Positions 24,399-35,970 of a DNA stretch of 51,820 nt are shown here, one piece after another; within the stretch, counting starts at the first letter, position 1, and every line of letters starts with the position of its first letter. The notes below the pieces were generated by a model. The model was given only the letters and a program-made list of their open reading frames with translations, was not told where the DNA came from and made no database searches. Source of the stretch: Chiloscyllium plagiosum (Eukaryota). The position numbers were made by a program, and so were the translations under genes. The DNA lies in NCBI RefSeq assembly GCF_004010195.1, contig NC_057722.1:62170379-62222198 (forward strand), in the 5' to 3' direction.

Positions 24399-24441
24399 TC
24401 AGAAGACTATTGGATTAGGAGGTGCATGTTTATATATTATA

Positions 24442-24888
24442 ACTTAGTTACCCATCGGTGACCATTTCCATTGGTAGCCAGTTTTTTTCAATAACTTGCC
24501 TCCTGCTTGACTTGCAGACATGGACACTGTGTTGGGTGGGTCTCAATCCTGATAAATTTAACAAAGACCCAGAAATTGAAAAGGGCTAGCTTTGGACCAG
24601 ACAGAGTGAATGTGTACATCAGACTACAAACTTGTTCCTTATCCTCAGTTACTGTTGAGAATAAAGCCTCAATTGTTTAATTTCTTTCTCTCGTGCTTGT
24701 GAAGTTTTATCAAAGTTTGATTCAAGGTTTACCACATAGACAAAATAGGTGAGACACTGCTGTGGTGATAAAGTCATTGAAATATTAATTTGGAGGCCTA
24801 GGCTCATGCTCCAGAGACATGGGTTCAAATCCCATCACTGCAGAATATAAATTCAGCAAATTCAACATTTGAATTTGAAAGCTAACCT
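24442..24888 (+). repeat. Second arm of the inverted duplication; its 3' third is a tRNA-SINE head that continues to about 24930
   Basis: Reverse-complement match to 22297-22759; the SINE continues (aaaaacccatctggttc) only in this copy. Confidence 0.9.
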
Positions 24889-26131
24889 GTAAAAACCCAT
24901 CTGGTTCTCTCAACCCTTCAGGAAAGAAACTTATAATTTGTATTGGCCAAGATCTGACTTCAGATCCAAATTAGAAGAAAAAAAAGTATGTGGATGGTTA
25001 ATAATCAAACAATCATCAGAGGACACGCTGACAACTGAGTGAAGGGAAGTCTTGTTTGAAAGGACACTGCAAGATTTCTCTAGAAAGCCTGGGTGAAGAG
25101 ACACTGCTAAAGTTGGGAGGAGTTTTAGATACTAAGAATGCATTTCTGCTGAAATTGCAACCAATCTATAAATTTAGTGCAGCTTTCGTTTCTGAGAGTT
25201 TGTGTGAAAGTTAATCTTTAAGCTTGAGCCTGACATTGAATAAGTTTCAATTTGAGTTTCTATCTCCATAGTGAGTAGATCACATGGGTTTGTTTTGATA
25301 GATTTAATATTATTATGTTGAATCTGGAGGTCTTTTTGTGCCGCAGCATCACTACCTCTGAATTGGATCTCAGGGTCAACTCTTATGCCAGGACTTGTTG
25401 GCCATGGAAGAAATGTTCATGGTACAGTTCAATGGGTTCAATATCCAGTCCAGTAACCTCCTACCATCTTCCATTACTCTTCAAAGGATGACACGTGTGT
25501 GTGAATATACACTAATAAAAGTAGACCTTGTAGTAGATCCAATTCCCCTCCTGGATGACTCCATTTTACCATTGAAGGAGACAGTATCAATGCAAATGGA
25601 GAGTATTCCATCACTATCTAGACTTGTATCATGTAGATTATAGACTGTGTTTGCGAAGTCAGAGAATGAGTTCCTCTCTGTAGAATTCCCAGGTTACGAT
25701 CTCCTTTTATAGCCACAGTATATATTTTTATACATGTTAAAAATAGGGCAAACTAAAGGTGATTCTTTCCTGCAAGTTTGCCCACAAGTTACACTCCATA
25801 TCATACTGGCTGTTCTTTCACTGTCGCTGGGTTAAACTTTTACTACTCCCTCCCTCAAACCACAGTGAGTGTCCTTGCAGCCCATAGGCTGCAGCAGTTC
25901 AAGAAAGCACTCACTTCTGCAGGGCAATTAGACATGGGCAATAAATGTTGGCCTGGTCAGCGACGGCCATGACTTTAAAAAACAGGTACTGCTAGACTTG
26001 AACAAGTGTTTTCAGGGCCTTTTCTGTTCTTGTGTATCTCAAAAAATTGTTGTTCTTCCTCCAGTTGCTATTTGTCAGTCTGTGAAAAAGCTAAAGAATA
26101 AAAATTGTCCATTTTGATATTTTTATTCCAG

Positions 26132-26281
26132 ACTACATCACAAGATGTGATTTCAACAACAACTCAAGACCATTTTGTGACTGGATCCAAACTTGCAAGG
26201 GTGACAGTGGAAACTGGATAAGGAACAAGCATGCTACACCCACACTGGGAACAGGTCCAAATGGAGACTATCCGAATGGAG
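26132..26281 (+). CDS. Zonadhesin-like MAM protein, coding exon 3 (DYITRCDFNNNSRPFCDWIQTCKGDSGNWIRNKHATPTLGTGPNGDYPNG)
   Basis: ttttattccag acceptor, G|gtgaga donor, phase 1-1, 150 bp; MAM N-terminal CDF...CxW...W...TGP motif. Missed by the ORF track. Confidence 0.93.
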
Positions 26282-26949
26282 GTGAGATTTCTCAAAATTG
26301 AGATTTGGTTGAAGCCCCAAGTTTTGGAGTTCCTTCCTTTAAAATTTCCATTTCTCAGCGTCCCTTTTCCAATTAAAAAGCCCCATAAACCCAACAACTT
26401 TAACCAAGCTTTCAGTTAGCCATCCTAAAATCTTCTTTGGTATCTCAGCATTAAAATTTATTTAATAACTGCTAGTTGGAATATTTCACTAGGATGACAG
26501 CACGATATAAATGCAAGTTACTTCTGTTAGTTTTAGCAATATGTGCGAACTTATCATCTGAAATATTATCAGTGAAAAGCATAAAGTTATATTTTATTGA
26601 ATCTAAAAAAAACTATTTTGTACAATTTTATTAGCCAAGGCATGCTTTTCTTTAAAAATGCGTTATTTCATAGGATGTGGTATCCACTCACATGGCAAGG
26701 CCAGCATTTTGGATTCATCCCCAATTACCTTCTGAATTTGCCTTGGAATAGTTTACCTGGCCATTTCAGAGGGCAATTAAGAGTCAGCCATATTACTACT
26801 GGTCTGGGGTCATCATTTGGCCAAATCCAGTAAGATTTCCTTCCATTCTTTCCTGGAAAATTGATGATGGCTTCATGACTATAACTGACTTTCAATTCCA
26901 GGTTTGACCTTTGGGCACAAGGTCACTAACAGGCAATTTGAAAAAAGGG

Positions 26950-27645
26950 ACAAAAATAGAAATTGCTGGAAAAGCTCAGCAGGTCTGGCAGCATCTGTGG
27001 AGAGAAATCAGAGTTAATGTTTTAGATCGAGTGACCCTCAGAAGGGTTCCGAAAAGATTTTTGAGGATCTTGCCAGGGTTGGAGGGTTTGAGCTTAAGGG
27101 AGAGGCTGAATAGACTGGGTTATTTTCCCTGGAGTGTCAAAGGCTGAGGGGTGACGTTATAGACCATTTGTAAAAGCATGAGGGTCATAAATAGGGTGAA
27201 TAGCCAAGGTATTTCCCTGAGGTGGGGGAGTCCAAAACTAGAGGGCAAAGGTTTAAGGTGTGAGGGGAAAGATATAAAAGGAACCTAACGGACAACTTTT
27301 TCACACAGAGAGTGGTGCGTGTATGGAATGAGCTGCCAGAGGAAGTGGTGGAGGCTGGTACGATTACCACATTTTAAAGGCATCTGGATCAGTAAATGAA
27401 TAGGAAGAGTTTAGAGGGATATGGGCTAAATGCTGACAAATGGGACTAGATTTATGTAGGATATCTGGTCAGCATGGATGAGTTAGACTGAAGGGTCTGT
27501 CTCCATGCTGCATACCTCTATGACTCTATGACCCAAAACTCTAACTCTGCTTTCTCTCCACAGATGCTGCCGGACCTGCTGAGCTTTTCCAGCAACTTCT
27601 ATTCTTGTCTCTGAATTACAGAATACGCAGGTCTTTCAGTTTTAA
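26950..27645. mobile_element. Palindromic PLE-derived element (arms about 26950-27040 and 27530-27645) split by a CR1
   Basis: gctggaaaagctcagcaggtctggcagcatctgtggagagaaa is mirrored by tttctctccacagatgctgccggacctgctgagcttttccagc. Confidence 0.8.
27046..27530 (+). mobile_element. HER1/CR1 LINE, 5'-truncated
   Basis: KRFLRILPGLEGLSLRERLNRLG..., 3' UTR and ctctatgactctatga tail. Confidence 0.9.
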
Positions 27646-28179
27646 TGTTAAAAAGGTTTTGAACATCACTTCCTTTTAACTTACTAAGAAATGGACTAGA
27701 AGGAAATGATTCTCTAAGTTTTCTGAAGCTATTTTCAGTGATTTAAAATCAGCTACTTATTGACAATGGATTGAGGATGTGATTTAACAACTGTTACTTT
27801 TATCTGACTTGTGTTAAGCAAATTGCACAAAGTTGCCCAACCAAAGCATCATTAAACATTTTGAAGCATTATTTTTTAAATTATGCTTCATAACACTGCT
27901 CAATTAAGTTGGCTCACAGCAGATTTTGGGTTTAATGATGTGTAAACTACTATAAGTGAAAATCAAGCAAAAGTGTTTCTCAAAACAAATGTAATTTTGT
28001 GCACAGTTAGATTGCCAAATCCACTCAAAATAGATACTGTATCCTTCCCAGTAGCCTATGGTATGTTACGCATTTTTCAAGTGGTGCTGAATCCTTTTCC
28101 ATATAACTTCTTTCCATTTTATTTCTTAACTAGTACTTTATACAAGATGACAAAATCATCACATGAACTAGAAACTCAT

Positions 28180-28700
28180 AGACTCAGGCTAATGGCCTTG
28201 GAGGCATGGGTTCAAAGTAGCTGATGATATTTAAATTCAGTAAGAAAACTTTTGAATTCTAGTTTTATTAATGATGACCATGAAATCTATAATTGAATAT
28301 TGTAAAATAAAACCATCTGGTTCAGTTGTTCCCTTTAGGGGAAGAAATCTGCCATCCTTCTCTGGTCTGTAACTCTGGACCCACAATAATGTAGTTGACT
28401 TTTAAATGCAAAGGCCTAGCAAAACATTCAGTTCAAGGGCAACCAGGGATGGGCAAAAAAATGCTCACCCTGCCTATAATGCCCCCATTCCATGGAAGAC
28501 CAACAAATAAAAAGAAAACACTTTGCACTGTCAGAGGTGCCGTCTTTCAGATGAGACATTAAACTGAGGCCCAGTCTGCTTCCTCAGGCATATTTTGACA
28601 AACCACAAGGAATTATCCTTGGTGTCTGTGTCAATACTTACCACTTAATTTGCCTCACTAAAACAGATCATCACTGTTGTTCTGACAGTGATAATGTCAC
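28180..28700 (+). mobile_element. tRNA-derived SINE (about 28180-28495) followed by a Deu-domain SINE fragment (about 28520-28700)
   Basis: gggttcaaa B box; aaccatctggttca...tttaggggaagaaatctgccatcctt; then gcactgtcagaggtgccgtctttcagatgagacattaaactgaggccc. Confidence 0.65.
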
Positions 28701-29141
28701 GCATTTGCTGTTGTATTTTTACCTTGCGATAGTGAAACCCAAAGCTGCAGGTGATGACCTAGATCATCTTCAGCTCAGTGGATGAAGAGGAATAGTGGCC
28801 ACCTTTCAGGAGCATTACATTGGCTGTAAAGAGACTTTGGCTAGATCTGAGGTTTAAAAAGGACACTACTGCAATGCAAGTCTTTCTTTCCTTCCTTTCA
28901 TCATCTGAAAGATGGTGCCTCCAAACATGCAGTGTTCCCACAATGCTTGAGGTTTAAATCCTCAGTGTTAAGATTCAGAGGCAGGAGGACAGCAGCATGT
29001 CAGTTTAGATCATAGACTCAAGTCAAAGAGTGGAGATAGACTCCAAGAGTTTCAGACTGAAAGGCAAGTTCACTGTGGAATTATGGTGCTCTGGTTAAAA
29101 GTTGTATTGAAACGTTTCTTTTTTGAATTGTTGTATATTAG

Positions 29142-29404
29142 ATGGATTCTTCATTTATCAGGAAGCCAGCAATTTTGCTCCATCTGGATCCATTAGGTTG
29201 GAGAGTAAGGAGATCAGTGTGTCTGGGGAAATATGCATCGATTTTTGGTACCACATGATGGGATCAGAGGACCAAAATGAACTGAAGGTGTTGGTTACAG
29301 ACTATGCAACTGAAAGAGAGGTGTGGAGTGAAAGAGGCAATCAGGGCTCCTCCTGGCTGTACACTTCAAGAACAGTTAATTTTCCAACAAAATCCAACAT
29401 ACAG
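29142..29404 (+). CDS. Zonadhesin-like MAM protein, coding exon 4 (DGFFIYQEAS...RLES...CIDFWYHMMG...VWSERGNQGSSW...KSNIQ)
   Basis: tattag acceptor, CAG|gtctgt donor, phase 1 in and 0 out; classic MAM core CxxFWYHMxG and WxxxGNQGxxW. Confidence 0.95.
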
Positions 29405-29591
29405 GTCTGTAAAATGTGTCATTATAACCAGATTATATACTTGCACAAAGACATTACGACTTTTCCTTTGCAGTTTCACTGTGAAAATCTCACTAGTTCA
29501 CATAAAAGAATCCACAGTCAGACCGCCAGCTCCCAGGATCTTCCATCACATTCCTTCTGAGCTGCTTATGGCTGAGAATAATACAAACATG

Positions 29592-30980
29592 TAACATAAG
29601 AACAAGGAGCAGGAATCAGCTATTCGGCCCCTCAAACCTATTCCACTATTCAATGAGACAATGGCTTAAATGGCTGCTGCTTCATGTCTACTTTCCTGCC
29701 TAACCCTCTATATCATAAGACCATAAGAACATAAGATATAGAAGCGAAGTCTGCCCTGCTATTCTCCTAGGTCATCGCAGATCTGATTAGCCTCAATTCT
29801 ACTTTCCTGCCTTTTCCCCATAATCACTGATTCCCTGACTGATTATCTCAGCCTTGAATATATCTAACGACCTAGCCTCTACAGAAATGAATTATACAGA
29901 TTTATGACATTCTGAAATAAAAAAATTCCTTATCTCTGTCTTAAATGTGCCCATTACTCTGAGATTATGTCCTCTGGTCTTCGATTCTTCCACAAGAAAA
30001 AACAACTTTTCTGTACCTACCCTGTAAAGGCCCCTAATTGTACGTTTCAATAAGGTCATCTCTTATATTTCTAAATTCCAAAGAGTACAGCCCCAATCTA
30101 TTCAACCTGTCTTCATAAGAAATTCTCCTTTCTCAGGGTCAATGTAACTAAACTTCTTTTCACTGTCATATCAGTACATTTCTCTTGTATGAGGAGACTA
30201 AAACTCTTCATAGAATTATAGGTTGGTTTTACCAGTGCCTTGTATAGCTTTAGCAAAACTTCTCTATTTTTGTTCTCTATTCCCCTTTAAATAAAGGCCA
30301 ACATTCCATTTGCCTTCCCAATTACCTGTTGAACTTGGAAGCTAGCCTTTTGTGATGCACGGACCAAGTCCCTCAGATCCCTTTGTGCTGCAGTATTTTC
30401 CCACTTAAATAATATTCAGCTCTGTCCAAATGCCAAACCTCACTTTTTCACCATCATGTTTCTTCTGCCATTCTTTTAAACTGTCTATGTCCATCTGTAG
30501 ACTCTTGTGTCATCCTCAGTTCTTGCCTTCCCACTTATTTTGTGTCATTAGCAAACTTGTACATTCACTTTCCTCATTCAAGACATTAATATATGTAAAT
30601 AATTCTGTCCCTAACACTGGTCCCCGTGACACACCACTAGTCACAGATTGTCACCTTAATCTTAACTCTGCCTTCTATTACTTAGCCAATCTTCTATTCA
30701 TGCTAATATGCTACTCCAACCCCATGGGTTGTTATGTTATAAAATAATTTATTAAAAAGGGAAGCTAGTACTAAATATCATATTAAATAACCCTAGAATC
30801 CCTTGTCTGTTAAAACTCTATCCAAACGTACCTTGAATATATTCAATGAACCAGCCTCCATTATTTCCTGAGGAATAGTATTCCACTGAAGAACATGCCT
30901 CTGAGAAAAAGAAATCTTCATTTCTGTTGCAAACAGTAGCCCTGATGCTTTAAACTGTGACCTTTAGCTCGCTACTGTCC
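29592..30980 (-). mobile_element. Nested old CR1-type LINEs
   Basis: (cataagaa)-type tails at about 29592 and 29713-29737; minus-strand TSGVSRGPVLG...FAND RT remnants at about 30540-30645. Confidence 0.75.
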
Positions 30981-31164
30981 CACAAAGGAAACATACTCTA
31001 ACTAATCAATTCTCAACCCCTTTGTTTCTGCACAACAATTAAACTCATCACAATGACAAAAATGATTTTGCATCTCCTTAATCTTTCTCACTCTGTAGAT
31101 GCATAAGTTCATTCAGTTAGTTTCTCAACTATTCTTCTTGGCAAGGTTTATTTTATATTTCTTA

Positions 31165-31531
31165 TCAACATTTATAAAATCATGAGGAGTATGGATAGGT
31201 TAAATAGCCAAGGCCTTTTTCCTTGGGTAGGGGAGTCCAAAACTAGAGGCATAGCTGTAAGGTGAAAGGGGAAAGATTTAAAAGGAACCTGAGAGCAACT
31301 TTTTCACACAGTGGGTGGTACGTGTATGGAATGTGCTGCCAGAGGAAGTGGTGGAGGCTGGTACAATTACAGAATTTAAAAGGCATCTGGATGGTTTCAT
31401 GAATCGGAAAGATTTAGAGGGATATGGGCCAAATGCTGGCAAATGGGACAGATTAATTTAGGATATCTGGTCCTCATGGATGAGTTGGACCAAAGGTTCT
31501 GTTTCCATGTTGTACATCTCTATGACTCTAT
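31165..31531 (+). mobile_element. HER1/CR1 LINE 3' end
   Basis: Same 3' UTR and ctctatgactcta tail as the other copies. Confidence 0.9.
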
Positions 31532-31905
31532 AAGGCTCCAAGTATGATTTCTAATCTTGTCCAGGATTGGTGACTACAATTCCCTTGGAAGACTGAGTAC
31601 AGGATCAGATCTGCACTCAGATGTGATTCTCTACCATGCTAACATTGCAGGTGTTTTTTGCATACTCTCTGCTTCCTGTTATCCCTATGCGAGTTTACAA
31701 TTTTCACAATTAATTTTGTTGAGGAATCTTAACAAATGCCATTCAGAAGGGGAACCAAAGAAATCTTAAATGGAAGGGAAAATGGATCTTGTTTGTTCAG
31801 GCAGTGATAGAGTACATTAGTGCTGAGCTAGCACTACACAATATGGATCATTTTTGTTGTGGATTCACAAATTGAATGGATTTTCAGTTTTTGTTAATAT
31901 TATAG

Positions 31906-31993
31906 GTAATATTCGAGGCTGTTCGTGGACGCACTGAATATGGCGACACAGCGATTGATAATGTAGCTGTCAGACGTGGAAACTGCGACAGTG
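31906..31993 (+). CDS. Zonadhesin-like MAM protein, coding exon 5 (VIFEAVRGRTEYGDTAIDNVAVRRGNCDS)
   Basis: ttatag acceptor, G|gtaaga donor, phase 0 in and 1 out, 88 bp; MAM C-terminal FE..RG...GDxAxDxV...G.C motif. Missed by the ORF track. Confidence 0.93.
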
Positions 31994-32472
31994 GTAAGAT
32001 TTGAATAAAGGCTTTTACCCTCTACATGTGGATTTCTTTTTCTCCTGCTGCGGGCAATCTGCTCCCAAGGTCTTTCACAAGAGTATTCTCTATAGCTGAC
32101 GGGGAACTTGTTCTTTCATTTTTCATCTCTCAAGTCATCTATATCTCCCCCCCCCCACATATTAATACACTCTTGGTGGTTTATCATTATGCTTGACAGG
32201 TAACAGTGAATGCTGTGGGGTGCAAGTGAATCTGACCCTGTCCTCCTTCTGACATGTGTAGTACATAGTCAATTTAGATACACTGGGATCTCTATCTCAT
32301 AACCCGTGCTCCTTTTTCACTTCGTTCCGCTACCTCTGCCCCTGACTAGCCACAGGTGTTTGTTGCAGTCCTACTGCCCTGGATTTGCGAATTTGGAGCA
32401 GGAGTTGGATCTGGGATCTTGCTGCATATCTCCACAGCAGTTGGGGACAAAGAATAAATTCTGGCCTTTCCA

Positions 32473-33359
32473 AGGTGGTGGTGGAGGGTTGTTTTTCAGA
32501 CTGGAGGCCTGTGACCAGTGGAGTGTCACAAGAATTGGTGTTGGGTCCTCTACTTTTTGTCACTTGCATAAATGATTTGGATGCAAGCATAAGAGGTACA
32601 GTTAGTAAGTTTGCACATGACACCAAACTTGGAGGTGTAGTGGACAGCGAAGAGAGTTACCTCAGATTACAACAGGATCTTGACCAGATGGGCCAATGGG
32701 CTGAGAAGTGGCAGATGGAGTTTAATTCAGATAAATGCNNNNNNNNNNNTTTCCTTTATTGGTCAGAGTATTGAGTGTAGGAGTTGGTAGGTCATGTTGC
32801 GGCTGTACAGGACATTGGTCAGGCCAATGTTGGAATATTGCGTGCAATTCTGGTCTCCTTCCTATTGGAAAGATGTTGTGAAACTTGAAACGGTCAGAAA
32901 AGATTTACAAGGATGTTGCCAGTTTTGGAGGATCTGAGCTACAGGGAGAGGCTGAACAGGCTGGGGCTGTTTTCCCTGGAGCGTTGGAGGCTGAGGGGTG
33001 ACCTTATAGAGGTTTACAAAATTATGAGGGACATAGAGAGGATAAATAGACAAAGTCTTTTCCCTGGGGTCGGGGAGTCCCGAACTAGAGGGCATAGGTT
33101 TAGGGTAAGAGGAGAAAGATATAAAAGGGACCTAAGGGGCAACTTTTTCACGCAGAGGGTGGTATGTGTATGGTGGTGGATGCTGGTACAATTGCAACAT
33201 TTAAGAGGCATTTGGGTGGGTATATGAATAGGAAGGGTTTCGAGGGATATGGGCCTGTTGCTGGCAGGTGGGACTAGATTGGGTTGGGATATCTGGTCGG
33301 CGTGGTCAGATTGGACCGAAGGGTCTGTTTCCATGCTGTGCATCTCTATGACTCTATGA
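32473..33359 (+). mobile_element. HER1/CR1 LINE 3' part (small gap at 32739-32749)
   Basis: WRPVTSGVSQELVLGPLLF...SKFAHDTKLGG...WQMEFNSDKC; ORF2 end; ctctatgactctatga tail. Confidence 0.93.
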
Positions 33360-34276
33360 CGTCCCAGTAGTGAACAAATTTGCAAAATACTTCGTCATAA
33401 AAGTTCTTCCCCCACAAAGCAAATCGGGCTTTGTCGGCACTTGTGAAGAAGAGCAGAAAAAATGAAAGTTGAGGAAGGGAAGTTGGATCTTGCAGCGATG
33501 GTGCATATTTGTGCGGACCCGTCTCAGCATAAAGGGAGATTGGTTTGGGCATGTATAAATCGACATCTTCACTTCTCAATGCTGCTGCTGAGATGGTGAA
33601 CACAATGTTGGATAATTGTATGCCATGTGAACTTACCTAATTCCTCAGTCACTATTCCATGTTACTATCTTCCCATCTTTCATGTTTTCTACATCTCTAC
33701 CAATTCCTCAGTCTCTTCCCAATTATTCTCGATGGACACTCCCTCCATCTCTTTCTTATCCAATTCTACTCCTTCATTCATTCCATCCTCCCACTCTTTT
33801 TCCATTCCCATATTTCCCTAGTCCTACTTCTGCCTTCACTTTTTTGTTCCAATTGCCATTCCTTTGCACCGTCGCCGTCCAACTCCATTTCTTACCCTGG
33901 ACTCACTCAATCAAGTGGCTGTCCGCCCCTCTCCCCATGCCCCGCCCCCCCCCCCCCTCCCCCCCCCCTCCCCAACCCGGCCAGAGTGTGTAGAACTGGG
34001 CTCATAGTCTCCAAGTAATGTCTGTGTTACTTAGGTCTGAGATCAGATGACATTTGTTCACTCAAAACGTTATGAGCTTTTACAATTCTAAATAGTATTC
34101 ATAATAGACCAGAAAAAAAAGCAGTTTCACTCCAATTATAGGATTGCTATGATGCCATTGCCGTTTGCCTAAAATCAATGAATGGTGACAGCAGACAATG
34201 AGAGCAATTATCTCATTGGATGCGTTATTATTACAACATTGTCCTGCAAGTCTGCAGTGTCTCCTGCGTCTCTTCA

Positions 34277-34519
34277 NNNNNNNNNNNNNNNNNNNNNNNN
34301 NNNNNNNNNNNNNNNNNNNNNNNNNNNNNNNNNNNNNNNNNNNNNNNNNNNNNNNNNNNNNNNNNNNNNNNNNNNNNNNNNNNNNNNNNNNNNNNNNNNN
34401 NNNNNNNNNNNNNNNNNNNNNNNNNNNNNNNNNNNNNNNNNNNNNNNNNNNNNNNNNNNNNNNNNNNNNNNNNNNNNNNNNNNNNNNNNNNNNNNNNNNN
34501 NNNNNNNNNNNNNNNNNNN
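34277..34519. other. Assembly gap (N run)
   Basis: Run of N. Confidence 1.
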
Positions 34520-35554
34520 AGGGAGTGGGATTGTGTACCAGGCTCTCAGGGAGTGGGATTGTGTACTGAGCTCTCGGGGAGTGGGATTGTGTACCAGGCT
34601 CTCAGGGAGTGGGATTGTGTACTGAGCTCTCGGGGAGTGGGATTGTGTACCAGGCTCTCAGGGAGTGGGATTGTGTACTGAGCTCTCAGGGAGTGGGATT
34701 GTGTACCAGGCTCTCAGGGAGTGGGATTGTGTACTGAGCTCTCGGGGAGTGGGATTGTGTACCGGGCTCTCAGGGAGTGGGATTGTGTACCAGGCTCTCA
34801 GGGAGTGGGATTGTGTACTGAGCTCTCGGGGAGTGGGATTGTGTACCAGGCTCTCGGGCAGTGGGATTGTGTACCAGGCTCTGAGGGAGTGGGATTGTGT
34901 ACCAGGCTCTCAGGGAGTGGGATTGTGTACTGAGCTCTCGGGGAGTGGGATTGTGTACCAGGCTCTCGGGCAGTGGGATTGTGTACTGAGCTCCTGGGGA
35001 GTGGGATTGTGTACCAGGCTCTCAGGGAGTGGGATTGTGCACTGGGCTCTCCGGGAGTGGGATTGCGTGCCGGGCTCTCGGGGAGTGGGATTGTGTACTG
35101 GGCTCTCGGGGAGTGGGATTGTGTACCGGGCTCTCGGGGAATGGGATAGGGTACTGGCCTCTCGAGGAGTGGGACTGGGTACCGGACTCTCGGGGAGTGG
35201 GATAGGGTACTGGGCTTTCGAAGAGTGGGACTGGGTACTGGGCTCTTGAGGAGTGGGATTGTGTACTAAAGTCTTGGGGAGTGGGATTGAGTTCAAGGAT
35301 CTTGGGGAGTGAGATTGGGTACGGAGCTCTCAGGGAGTGGGATTGAGTACTGAACTCTCAGGGAGTGGGATTGTTGTCCAAGCTCTCAGGGAACGGGATT
35401 GGGTTCCGGGCTGTAGGAGAGTGGGATTGACTACAGAGCTCTAAGTGTGTGGTATTGGGGTACTGAGCTCCAAGGGAAGGGAATTGGGTACTGAGCTCGC
35501 GGGGAGTCAGATTGGGTACTGAGCTCTCGGGAAATGTGATTGGGTACTGAGCTC

Positions 35555-35970
35555 AATCCCACTCCCACTCCTCGAGAGCCCAGTACCCTATCCCACTCCC
35601 CGAGAGTCCGGTACCCAGTCCCACTCCTCGAGAGCCCGGTACCCTATCCCACTCCCTGAGAGTCCGGTACCCAGTCCCACTCCCCGAGAATCCGGTACAC
35701 AATCCCATTCCCTGGGAGCTCGGTACACAATCCCACTCCCCGGGAGCCTGGTACCCAGTCCCACTCCCTGAGAGTCCGGTACACAATCCCACTCCCTGGG
35801 AGCTCGGTACTCAATCCCACTCCCTGGGAGCTCGGTACACAATCCCACTCCCAGGGAGCTCGGTACACAATCCCACTCCGCGGGAGCTCAGTACACAATC
35901 CCACTCCCCGAGAGCCCAGTACACAATCGCACTCCCCGAGAGCCCAGTACACAATCGCACTCCCCGAGAG
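35555..35970 (-). repeat. Inverted block of the 28-bp satellite
   Basis: C-rich units cagtacacaatcccactccccgagag within an otherwise G-rich array. Confidence 0.95.

Noticed and set aside
29405-29560. Extension of the MAM ORF to 145 aa as called in the track
   Set aside because: MAM similarity stops at the 29404 donor and resumes in frame at 31906; the extension is intron read-through.
32356-33640. Candidate next exon after ccacag (32355) and short ORFs at 33346-33603
   Set aside because: The translation has no MAM, mucin or VWD features and runs into a CR1; unclassified.
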